This document shows positions 9,694 to 17,815 of a stretch of 53,394 nucleotides of DNA, piece by piece; the first letter of the stretch is position 1; every line of letters starts with the position of its first letter. Source of the stretch: a virus. Taxonomy: Duplodnaviria; Caudoviricetes. The stretch is taken from positions 1-53,394 of IMG/VR virus record IMGVR_UViG_3300021425_002207; one strand, given 5' to 3'. Position numbers and translations under genes: made by a program. A model generated the notes under the pieces. The model did no database searches. It saw only the letters and a list, made by a program, of their open reading frames with translations, and was not told the origin of the DNA.

Positions 9694-9762
9694 ACTACTT
9701 GATCTAACTGAGTGATATACACTACACTAGTATTTAGTACCGCATAAACAGATTATTACAAA

Positions 9763-9801
9763 AGTTCCCGTGATTCTCTTTACGTTGGTGCTAGCATAAT
9801 A
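9763..9801 (+). promoter_or_regulatory. Putative late promoter upstream of the major capsid gene
   Basis: AGTTCCCGTGATT..TTGGTGCTAGCATAATA aligns without gaps to 18717-18755 upstream of the tail sheath gene. Confidence 0.6.
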
Positions 9802-9887
9802 AGTGACTGGTGCCGCCACCATATTTTTTTATGTTGGGTCGCCTGTCATCTAACAGTATGTGAAACTCAAACATTAAGGAGAACAAC

Positions 9888-11183
9888 ATGAGTTTTGATG
9901 AAGGTCGGCTCAACGAACTGAAGAGCGCTCTAGACTCAAAGATGTCAGAGCAGCAGCAGATCGCTGATTCGATGCAGTTTGAGGGTAGCACCCTCATCGC
10001 TGACGACGAGAAGAAGTCAGCATTCCAGAACAACATGACCCAGATTCGTGAAATCAAGGGTCTTATTGAGGACATGACCGCTCTTCGTGACGTGTCAGCA
10101 TGGTCATCAGAGGCTGAGTACAAGTCAGTCGCTGCTGAGGTTGCTGCGGGCGTTGAGGCTGAGGTTGCCGCTCACCGTCGTGGTTCGGTTGGCGAGCAGT
10201 TCCTTGCTTCAGAAGAGTTCAAGTCACTTCAGGGCGGTAAGGCTGGCGTTAACATGTCATCTCCTTTCCAAGCCAAGTCACTTCACACCAAGGACATCTA
10301 CTCAGGTCTGCCCACCGGCACCCCTGACGCCTTTGGTGCTGTTGAGCGTGATGGCATTGTCCCAATTGCACAGCGTCGTAGCCGTGTGCGTGACCTTTTC
10401 CCGGCACGTACCACCAACGCTGCTGTCATTGAGTACTTCCGTCAGAGCGGTTTCACGAACGCTGCGTCCGTTGTTCCTGAGTACTCCTCAAGCAACTTCG
10501 GTGCGAAGCCACAGTCGTCAATGACTTTCGTTGGCGAGCAGGCTCCTGTTCGTACCATCGCTCACTGGGAAGCCGCTCACCGGAACGTTCTCGCTGACGA
10601 GCCGCAGTTGCGTTCGATCATCGACAACGAACTCCTTTACGGTCTTCGTCTGACCGAGGACAACCAGATTCTCTCAGGTGCTGGCACCGGTGAGGACCTT
10701 ACTGGTATCCTTAACACTTCAGGCATTCAGACCTATGCATGGTCAGATGGTGCAACCGATCCGGTTGCTGACACTAAGGCTGACGCTCTTCGTCGTGCGG
10801 CTACGCTTGCGTACCTCGCCTACTACGAGCCGACCGGCATGATTGTCCACCCATCAGACTGGGAAGACATCGAACTCACCAAGAACGAGCAGGGCACGTA
10901 CCTTCTTGCCATGTCAGTTGCTGGTGGTGCCGAGTCACGTGTCTGGCGTATTCCTGTCATCGACACTCCTGCCATTGATGAGGGCACTGCTCTCGTTGGT
11001 GCTTTCGGTACCGGTGCTCAGTTGTACGACCGTGAGGCCGCTTCAATCCGTATTTCGGAACAGCACTCAGACTTCTTCGTCCGCAACGCCATCGTGGTGC
11101 TTGCTGAAGAGCGTCTGGCTCTCGCTGTGAAGCGTCCAGAGGCATTCGTCAAGGTTGACTTCGACGCTGCTCCTAGTGCCTGA
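9888..11183 (+). CDS. Major capsid protein, HK97 fold
   Basis: Coiled-coil N-terminal delta domain; TIAHW, L.D.PQLRSIIDNELLYGL...ED.QIL.G.G and F.RNAIVVLAEERLALAV.RPEAF motifs; RBS AAGGAG; strongly biased codon usage. Confidence 0.95.
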   Translation: MSFDEGRLNELKSALDSKMSEQQQIADSMQFEGSTLIADDEKKSAFQNNMTQIREIKGLIEDMTALRDVSAWSSEAEYKSVAAEVAAGVEAEVAAHRRGSVGEQFLASEEFKSLQGGKAGVNMSSPFQAKSLHTKDIYSGLPTGTPDAFGAVERDGIVPIAQRRSRVRDLFPARTTNAAVIEYFRQSGFTNAASVVPEYSSSNFGAKPQSSMTFVGEQAPVRTIAHWEAAHRNVLADEPQLRSIIDNELLYGLRLTEDNQILSGAGTGEDLTGILNTSGIQTYAWSDGATDPVADTKADALRRAATLAYLAYYEPTGMIVHPSDWEDIELTKNEQGTYLLAMSVAGGAESRVWRIPVIDTPAIDEGTALVGAFGTGAQLYDREAASIRISEQHSDFFVRNAIVVLAEERLALAVKRPEAFVKVDFDAAPSA

Positions 11184-11228
11184 TCCTAGAGATTAGATGA
11201 GTGGTCGCTGAAACCTAGCGACTAGTTC

Positions 11229-11260
11229 AAAGGCCCCCCGGCTTAGGCTGGGGGGCTTTT
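11229..11260 (+). terminator. Intrinsic terminator after the capsid gene
   Basis: GCCCCCCGGC-TTAG-GCTGGGGGGC hairpin followed by TTTT. Confidence 0.85.
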
Positions 11261-11273
11261 GCTATACTAGGGT

Positions 11274-12005
11274 ATGCCTATTTTTGATAACGACTCCAAC
11301 TTTCCAGTGCCTACGTGGACGAAGGATGACGTTGTTGTTTTAGAAGCGATTGATGATTACTATGCTGTAGGTATCGTCAGGTTCTTGGGGTTCTTAATTA
11401 GCAATGAAGGAATGGTTGCTGACTCCACGTTGGATTTGATTTTAGTTGTTCAGTCTATAGTCAATAATGCGGACGAAAAGTATTCGTTTGATGATGCGGA
11501 GAGAATTGTCACACTTTCCAGTGAGTTCTGTTTAGTGGATTGCGTGTACGAGAATCAGGTTCTTGCGATGATAGAGTTGCAGGATAACGCTGTTTTGTTT
11601 TTGGCTATTCAAGGTGAGGACCACTACGCTTTGGAAGCCGCCGTGTGCTTGGCCGAGGACGAGAAGTCTTTACTCCACGATGGTTTAGTTAGGCCGTCCC
11701 TTTCTTTGTTTGGGGACTGGGAAAACATTGGTGCTGTAGTGTTGGAATCTATGTTGACTCGCCGTCTACTATCTGATAGTATAGGCTCTCTTATGGATCA
11801 CACTTCTAACTCCGGTCTATGGATCACGTCTGAAGTTGAGTTCGTAGATGTTATACGCAAGTTGTGTGCTGTTGGTTTGTTGAGTGTTGACATTGTTGAC
11901 ACTGGTAGAGCAATGGTTGCTGTTCAGGAGAAGGCTGCTGGATTGTTTCTTTTGTTTTCCGGCAGGACTGAACTGGCCAAAGAGTTGGCTGACTTGTCGA
12001 TTTGA
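11274..12005 (+). CDS. Hypothetical acidic protein (243 aa), probably leaderless
   Basis: TGCTATACT extended -10 ends 5 nt before the ATG; no SD sequence. Confidence 0.75.
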   Translation: MPIFDNDSNFPVPTWTKDDVVVLEAIDDYYAVGIVRFLGFLISNEGMVADSTLDLILVVQSIVNNADEKYSFDDAERIVTLSSEFCLVDCVYENQVLAMIELQDNAVLFLAIQGEDHYALEAAVCLAEDEKSLLHDGLVRPSLSLFGDWENIGAVVLESMLTRRLLSDSIGSLMDHTSNSGLWITSEVEFVDVIRKLCAVGLLSVDIVDTGRAMVAVQEKAAGLFLLFSGRTELAKELADLSI

Positions 12006-12030
12006 CACGACTGTTACAGAGTGATATGAT
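12002..12030 (+). promoter_or_regulatory. Sigma70-type promoter upstream of the RNR gene
   Basis: TTGACA - 17 nt - TATGAT with a TG extension. Confidence 0.65.
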
Positions 12031-12139
12031 TTCTTCACGAAATTGTGCAAGTCTCATGATGACTTGACAGTTGCAGACTCGCCATAGGCGTTAGAATACT
12101 AAAACCATTTAAATCACACCCACAGAAAGAGAGACAAAC

Positions 12140-14095
12140 GTGGACCCTTTTTTCATTTCCGACGACTTCGCTGACCAGTATGCTGACAAGATGCCCCCTT
12201 GGGGTTTCAACGGCCTTGGGTACGTTACCTATAAGCGTACCTACGCTCGTCCTATTTTTGAGGAGGGCACTAACGTTGTCGCCCGAACTGAAGAGTGGCA
12301 CGAGACTATTCAACGTGTGGTGAATGGTGCTCAGAGTATCGGTGCGCAGTTGACGGAAGATGAGGCTCAGCGTCTCTATGACTATCTGTTCAACCTTAAG
12401 GGTTCAGTTGCTGGCCGGATGTTGTGGCAGTTGGGTACTGAGAACAATCAGCGCCTCGGCGGTGACAGCCTTGTTAACTGCTGGTTCGTTGACGTTCAGA
12501 AGCCAACTGACTTTTCTTGGGCTGTTGAGCGTTTGATGCTTGGCGGCGGCGTAGGTTTCTCTTGTGATAAGCCTGAGCGACTTGGTGTTGTCCGCTCTGC
12601 GTGGGTTTCACATCAGGATGCGAACGACTCTGACTTTATCGTTCCCGATACTCGTGAGGGTTGGGGTAATCTTATTCGCAAGGTGTTTGAGTGCTACCTT
12701 GGTGGCGACGACGACCCGCAGTATATGAGTTACGCCACGCATCTTATTCGTCCTGCCGGTGTCCCAATCAAGACCTTCGGTGGTACTGCTTCAGGTCCTG
12801 ACATTCTTATCTCTGGTGTGGAGAAGATTTGTGATGTTCTTGATGGTGCGGTTGGCCGCACGATGACTTCAGTTGAAGTTCTTGATTGCATGAACATTAT
12901 TGGCTCTATCGTTGTTGCCGGTAACGTTCGCCGCAGCGCTGAAATTGCTGTTGGCCGTATTGACGACGAGGATTACTTGATGGCTAAGCGTTGGGACTTG
13001 GGTGACATTCCTATTGAGCGTGCCATGTCGAACAACACTGTTTTTGTCTCTCCTGAGCAGATGAAGGACATGCCTGACCTGATCTGGGAAGGATACAAGG
13101 GCAATGGTGAGCCTTATGGTTTCTTTAACCTTGAGGCTTCTCGCCAGTTTGGGCGTATGGGTGAAGAGCGACCTGATCCGTCTATTGTCGGCGTTAACCC
13201 ATGTGCCGAAATCCCGCTGGCTAACCGTGAGTCTTGCAACTTGTCTGAGATTTTCTTGCCTATGATTGACTCTCCTGAAGAGTTGAAGGATGTTGCACGC
13301 CTACTATACAAGGTGCAGAAGGCGACTGCGGCTCTGTCGTACCTTGACCCTGCATCGGACAAGATCACTTCACAGAACATGCGTCTTGGTCTTGGTGTTA
13401 CTGGTGTTACTCAGGCTATGGACAAGATTGACTGGCTTGATGAGACCTATGTTTCGTTGCGTGCTTTGGATGCCGAGTGGTCAGCAGAGCGTGGATGGCC
13501 TGAGTCTGTTCGCCTTACCACGATTAAGCCTTCGGGTACTTTGAGCCTTCTTCCGGGTGTTACTCCCGGTGTTCACCCCGGCTTCAGTCAGTACTTTGTA
13601 AAGCGTATGCGTATGGCTTCGGGTGACGTTCTTGTCAACTACTGCCGGTCAAAGGGCTTCTATGTTGAGCCTCTTCGCAACTTTGATGGTTCAGAAGATC
13701 ACCGTACAGTTGTTGTTGAGTTCCCTTGTGCGTTCCCTGATGGTACGATTGAGGCTAAGGATATGACTGCTATTCAGCAGATGGACCTTGTTCGTCGTCT
13801 TCAGAAAGTGTGGGCGGATAACGCTATTTCTGTGACGGTCTACTACAAGAGCGAAGAGTTGGACGGTATTCGTGAGTACCTTGCTGAGCACTGGCATGAG
13901 ATGAAGTCTGTATCATTCCTCTTGCACAGCGAGCACGGATTCGATCAGGCTCCTATGGGTGAGTTGACAAAGGATGAGTACGAGCACGTGCTCAGCACTA
14001 CATCACCACTCGGTGAGAAGTTGACTGGCTCAACGATGATGTCAGACGATGAGTTTGACGCCGAATGCGCCACAGGTGCGTGTCCAATCCGATAA
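12140..14095 (+). CDS. nrdJ: Class II (adenosylcobalamin-dependent) ribonucleotide reductase, monomeric type
   Basis: GRMLWQLG, NCWF, GGGVGFS, VVAGNVRRSAEI, catalytic NPCAEI, TIKPSGT and a C-terminal Cys pair CATGACPIR; no beta-subunit gene nearby. Confidence 0.93.
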   Translation: MDPFFISDDFADQYADKMPPWGFNGLGYVTYKRTYARPIFEEGTNVVARTEEWHETIQRVVNGAQSIGAQLTEDEAQRLYDYLFNLKGSVAGRMLWQLGTENNQRLGGDSLVNCWFVDVQKPTDFSWAVERLMLGGGVGFSCDKPERLGVVRSAWVSHQDANDSDFIVPDTREGWGNLIRKVFECYLGGDDDPQYMSYATHLIRPAGVPIKTFGGTASGPDILISGVEKICDVLDGAVGRTMTSVEVLDCMNIIGSIVVAGNVRRSAEIAVGRIDDEDYLMAKRWDLGDIPIERAMSNNTVFVSPEQMKDMPDLIWEGYKGNGEPYGFFNLEASRQFGRMGEERPDPSIVGVNPCAEIPLANRESCNLSEIFLPMIDSPEELKDVARLLYKVQKATAALSYLDPASDKITSQNMRLGLGVTGVTQAMDKIDWLDETYVSLRALDAEWSAERGWPESVRLTTIKPSGTLSLLPGVTPGVHPGFSQYFVKRMRMASGDVLVNYCRSKGFYVEPLRNFDGSEDHRTVVVEFPCAFPDGTIEAKDMTAIQQMDLVRRLQKVWADNAISVTVYYKSEELDGIREYLAEHWHEMKSVSFLLHSEHGFDQAPMGELTKDEYEHVLSTTSPLGEKLTGSTMMSDDEFDAECATGACPIR

Positions 14096-14145
14096 TACTG
14101 AAAGTGCTACTTGCTTATTTATTTCGACGCAGGTAGTATATCTGT

Positions 14146-14658
14146 ATGATTGGAGTAACACAGCAATTTCCCCCGTTCGGCATGGTTGGTGTCGATAGTA
14201 ACAACGAATTTGTCGATATCACGCTTGATGACTTCGACGGCATGTGGAAGGTATTTTATTTCTACCCGAAAGATTTTACCTTTATTTGTCCTACAGAGAT
14301 TCAACAAATGGATCGTCTTGTAGATGATGATGTTGCAGTTGTTGGGTTCAGTGGAGACAACGAATATTGCAAGTTGAACTGGAAACAGTCCAACGATTTG
14401 ATTGGCGCTATTTCACACACTCTTGGTGCCGACACTGGCCTGTACTTAGTTCGGACATTAGGCATTGAGGACGACATCGAAGGCGTCGCTTTGCGTGCCA
14501 CGTACATTGTTGACGACTTTAACGTTATCCGGTCTGTCACTGTGAACGACTTAGACACTGGTCGGAATGTGGATGAGACTATCAGAACGTTGAATGCTTT
14601 ACGGGCAGGTGGGTTGACTGGTTGCTCGTGGAATCCGGGTGACTCATTTGTTGGATAG
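14146..14658 (+). CDS. ahpC: Peroxiredoxin (AhpC family)
   Basis: FYPKDFTFICPTE peroxidatic motif, GRNVDETIR and C-terminal CSWNPG. Leaderless after TTGCTT-17-TAGTAT. Confidence 0.92.
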   Translation: MIGVTQQFPPFGMVGVDSNNEFVDITLDDFDGMWKVFYFYPKDFTFICPTEIQQMDRLVDDDVAVVGFSGDNEYCKLNWKQSNDLIGAISHTLGADTGLYLVRTLGIEDDIEGVALRATYIVDDFNVIRSVTVNDLDTGRNVDETIRTLNALRAGGLTGCSWNPGDSFVG

Positions 14659-14714
14659 GACGATATTATAATTTCTAAAGTTGCAATCTGATGAAAGTTT
14701 GGGGTGTAAATTAA

Positions 14715-14794
14715 TACTTGTACCGGCAAGTAGGCTAACCCCGAAGGAGGAGATTGTGGATATCGGTTAAAGTGCCGGTAGCCGATAGGCAATC
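14715..14794 (+). ncRNA. Candidate structured RNA with two hairpins whose loops are complementary
   Basis: Stems TACTTG/CAAGTA, GATTGT/GCAATC and TATCGGTTA/TAGCCGATA. TACCGGCA (14721) is the reverse complement of TGCCGGTA (14773). Confidence 0.4.
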
Positions 14795-14803
14795 AAATTA
14801 TCT

Positions 14804-14845
14804 AGGCGGGGTCTGGTCGCTTGAACCGGACCCCGCTTTTTGTTT
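14804..14845 (+). terminator. Intrinsic terminator
   Basis: GCGGGGTCTGGT/ACCGGACCCCGC stem followed by TTTTTGTTT. Confidence 0.85.
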
Positions 14846-14856
14846 AGGATAATAGC

Positions 14857-15210
14857 ATGTCTAGTCTCGGGGAACTAAAGCAAAGTAAAGTCTTTATTGA
14901 TTTGTCGTATCTTGCCGACTTGATTGAGACCCGTGGTATTTCCACTACGACTCCATTGAACGATGATGGGGAAGTGTCACTTTCTTTTGCCCTTGCATCA
15001 CTTTGTGGTTATAAAGGTTATCCTGAAGTAGACGACTTTTTTTATTTTGTGGATAATGTTCCCGCTTTGTATCGCCCGCAGTTTATTCGCTGTTGGGAGG
15101 CGATTGAGTTAGAGGTTGAACAAGATATTGTTTCGTGGTCAGAAAAAGTAGGTACTGCTGAGACTGTTCGCAGGTTAAGGTCACTTTCAAAAGAAATTGA
15201 GTTATCTTAA
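14857..15210 (+). CDS. Hypothetical protein (117 aa), leaderless
   Basis: TTGAAC-18-TAGGAT ends 6 nt before the ATG. Confidence 0.7.
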   Translation: MSSLGELKQSKVFIDLSYLADLIETRGISTTTPLNDDGEVSLSFALASLCGYKGYPEVDDFFYFVDNVPALYRPQFIRCWEAIELEVEQDIVSWSEKVGTAETVRRLRSLSKEIELS

Positions 15211-15252
15211 CGTCCACTTGACACCAGCCTCGCTTTGTATTACGATAGACTC

Positions 15253-15636
15253 ATGAACCACCATGAGCGATGGAAGAAACATTATACTGCTTTGGTACAG
15301 TACCAGAATCGGTACGGTGATGCAATGCCACCCAGCGGTCACACTGAGTTCTTGCCAAGTGGAGAAGAAATCAACTTGGGTAACTGGGTTAGTTACATGA
15401 GAACACGGTATAAGCAGAATGCGTTGTCAGATGACCGTGTTAGATTGCTGGAGTCGCTGCCCACGTGGGAGTGGGGTCCTGTGCGGCCCGGACCAAAGTC
15501 AAAGAATGAAGTAACTGAACGTAACGACAGTATTGTTGAGAACCACAAGGCGGGTATGTCTTTGTCGGTAATTGCAAGGCGTTATGGTTTATCTAGACAG
15601 AGAGTACATCAAATCGTAAAGGAGAGTTATGTCTAG
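15253..15636 (+). CDS. Helicase-associated (HA) domain plus C-terminal HTH; putative DNA-binding regulator
   Basis: W...Y.AL.QY...YG...P...LGNWVSYMR..YK...LS.DRV.LLESL..WEW, then MSLSVIARRYGLSRQRVHQIV. Start revised to ATG 15253 because TTGACA-17-TACGAT covers the TTG at 15235. Confidence 0.8.
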   Translation: MNHHERWKKHYTALVQYQNRYGDAMPPSGHTEFLPSGEEINLGNWVSYMRTRYKQNALSDDRVRLLESLPTWEWGPVRPGPKSKNEVTERNDSIVENHKAGMSLSVIARRYGLSRQRVHQIVKESYV

Positions 15637-15940
15637 TCCACAGAATCCCCAAGATTGGGAAACTATTTTGAGTAAACTTACTGAGGAAAAAGAAAGCAAG
15701 CAGTCTGTTGTAGGATCATTTACGGGCGGTATTTTTGCGTTTGCTGCGTTCAACGCTTTGAGTGCGTTGGCTGTGATGCTGCTTAACTCTACAATTAATC
15801 GTGCTTGGGAAGACTTTGAGTTGTTGCGTCCGGGTATCGGCTACGCTGATGCTTTCTCGCTTACTGGTCTTATTTGGCTTCTTTACTTTTTGAAGGTGGG
15901 AGTTTCTATGGCTTTTGGGAGGTCTAATGTCGGTAATTAA
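15629..15940 (+). CDS. Small membrane protein (two hydrophobic segments)
   Basis: GIFAFAAFNALSALAVMLL and AFSLTGLIWLLYFLKVGV; RBS AAGGAG. Confidence 0.75.
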   Translation: MSSPQNPQDWETILSKLTEEKESKQSVVGSFTGGIFAFAAFNALSALAVMLLNSTINRAWEDFELLRPGIGYADAFSLTGLIWLLYFLKVGVSMAFGRSNVGN

Positions 15941-16418
15941 TTATGTGGCACCTGCCGGTACGTGGGATGCCTCTGCTAGACTTTATGTAGATAATATATT
16001 TCGCACCAGTGTTTCTGAAACTGTTGGCGACTGGAACTACGAGATTCGTCAGCACTTGGATGGCATGATCGACTCTTACTTTGGTGTGGAAGACACCTCT
16101 CCTGCCCCTCATGAATGGGAATTGCTGGGTAGGTTGTCGATTGAAGCCAGCGGGCTTTTGAATCCAGACGAAACTACAATCACATTGTGCAACAAGCAAC
16201 GGGATTACGGCCCTAATAACATCGCACGCTTTGGACAGTCTGGATTGCTTCTTCGCCTCCACGATAAGGTAGCCCGACTGGAGAACCTTATCTCAAATGG
16301 TAGAGAGGCACAAAATGAATCTTTGCACGACACATATCTGGATATTGTCGGTTATTCTGCGATTGGTATAATGTTGCTAGATGGGAGTTTCTTCTATCCC
16401 ATGGCATCTTTCGATTAA
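15927..16418 (+). CDS. DUF1599/Nmad1-like all-alpha nucleotide-modification-associated protein
   Basis: KQRDYG..N...G..G..LR.HDK.ARL.NL...ESL.DT..DIVGY motif; ATG 15927 follows GGGAGG. Confidence 0.8.
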   Translation: MSVINYVAPAGTWDASARLYVDNIFRTSVSETVGDWNYEIRQHLDGMIDSYFGVEDTSPAPHEWELLGRLSIEASGLLNPDETTITLCNKQRDYGPNNIARFGQSGLLLRLHDKVARLENLISNGREAQNESLHDTYLDIVGYSAIGIMLLDGSFFYPMASFD

Positions 16419-16487
16419 GGAGTGACCTGTAGATACTGTTAAGGTACGGTATCATATACATGGAGCAGATGTTATCTAGGAGGAATT

Positions 16488-16640
16488 ATGCCAGAACCAA
16501 TTGATGTTGATGACGTAGAACTTGATGATGAGGATGCATCTGCTAGGCGTCCGGGTCTTCTTACTCGTGCTCGGCGTGCCTTGGCAAGAGGTCTACGTCG
16601 GGGCGCTAATCGCTTACGTCGTGGACGCAACCGTTCGTAA
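16488..16640 (+). CDS. Unannotated 50-aa peptide with acidic N-half and Arg-rich C-half
   Basis: AGGAGGA RBS; translates as MPEPIDVDDVELDDEDASARRPGLLTRARRALARGLRRGANRLRRGRNRS. Confidence 0.75.
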   Translation: MPEPIDVDDVELDDEDASARRPGLLTRARRALARGLRRGANRLRRGRNRS

Positions 16641-16661
16641 TTTTACTTTTTTTGGGGTGAC

Positions 16662-17306
16662 GTGATGGCGCTCATTACAGTTTCAGATATAACCACATAC
16701 ATGGATATTAGCCTTACGAACGTGCAGGAAGATGCTGCACAGTTTGTCATTGATGGGCTGCAAGCAGAACTTGAAGCGTATTTGCGTCGTCCAGTTGAAC
16801 AGACTGAATTTACGGAAACTTATCGTGTACCAGATGTAGGCCGTGGCATTGTTAATCAGCAATATTACTACAACTATACCACCGATCCCTCCACGAGTCT
16901 TACCTCTCCGGGAATCATTTACACTCCTATGTATACGTTATATTTGGAGAACAGTCCTGTAGTTTCTGTTTCTTCCGTGAGCATTACTCCGGCTTCGGCA
17001 TCTGCCACTGCTACTGCTCAGGTAGCGGAACGTGATTACATCACTCGTGATTTTGGTATTGAACTTTTTAATGCTTATGCGAATGATCGAATTACTATTA
17101 CGTATACGGCTGGACTTGACGGTGCAAATATTAAGGCTTTCAAGATTTTGATGTTGCGTGCGGCTACTCGTGAGATGCAGAACATGCATGACGACGTGGT
17201 TGGTTTGAAAGACTTGGATACCCGTAACGTTGCTCCTTTGGATACTGGTTTTTCTGAGCGAGAGTTACAAAGCATTAAGAGGTATCGTAGAGTAAGGGTG
17301 GCCTGA
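16662..17306 (+). CDS. Head-tail adaptor/connector protein
   Basis: LITVSDI..YM, E.YLRRPV, L...PV.SV.SV and I.ITYTAG pattern; first gene of the neck module. Confidence 0.8.
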   Translation: MMALITVSDITTYMDISLTNVQEDAAQFVIDGLQAELEAYLRRPVEQTEFTETYRVPDVGRGIVNQQYYYNYTTDPSTSLTSPGIIYTPMYTLYLENSPVVSVSSVSITPASASATATAQVAERDYITRDFGIELFNAYANDRITITYTAGLDGANIKAFKILMLRAATREMQNMHDDVVGLKDLDTRNVAPLDTGFSERELQSIKRYRRVRVA

Positions 17307-17307
17307 T

Positions 17308-17814
17308 ATGGGTGTTCAGGTTAGAATTACAGACGTTGATTTAAGTAAAGTTCGCAGACGTTTTGCGGTAATGACTCGCCGCTCACAGAACTTTAAACCT
17401 GTTTTCCGTTGGGTGCTGCAAGAGTTGCAGAAGGCACACCGTGATAACTTCAGAACACAGGGTTCGTCTTCTGGTTTTCCTTGGCAACCGCTTGATCCAC
17501 AGTATGCCTCTTGGAAGTTGGAGAATTACGGGGCTAAAGGTATCCTTGCTAGAACTGGCGATTTGCAAAACAGTTTGACTATGAACAGTGGCCGGGGAGC
17601 AGTACGTGACATGGGGTTGCGGACTGCTGAGTTCGGTACCCGTATTCCTTATGCTAAGTTTCATCAGAGTGGTACATCCAACATGGCTCAGCGTAAGCCT
17701 GTATTTTATCCGCCTTTGATGGCGAACAGGACTGCTAGAGTGGTTGGCGAATATATTGTTCACGGTTCAGTTGGCGTTCGCTATTCGGATGCTATGAAAG
17801 GGTTTTTGATCTAA
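17308..17814 (+). CDS. Virion morphogenesis/tail completion protein (Mu gpG-like)
   Basis: NF..QG....W.PL, IL..TG.L..SL and EFGT..PYAKFHQ.GT..M.QR motifs. Confidence 0.85.
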   Translation: MGVQVRITDVDLSKVRRRFAVMTRRSQNFKPVFRWVLQELQKAHRDNFRTQGSSSGFPWQPLDPQYASWKLENYGAKGILARTGDLQNSLTMNSGRGAVRDMGLRTAEFGTRIPYAKFHQSGTSNMAQRKPVFYPPLMANRTARVVGEYIVHGSVGVRYSDAMKGFLI

Positions 17815-17815
17815 A

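Noticed and set aside
9721-9740. NrdR-box-like sequence ACACTAGTATTTAGT
   Set aside because: Poor match in length and symmetry, single copy, and not upstream of nrdJ.
12064-12097. Second RNR promoter TTGACA...TAGAAT
   Set aside because: Spacing is 22 nt (15 nt from TTGCAG), outside the normal range, so it was not called.
14756-14770. GTG-GAT-ATC-GGT-TAA minigene as a stand-alone CDS
   Set aside because: Only four codons and embedded in a predicted stem; kept only as part of the ncRNA candidate.
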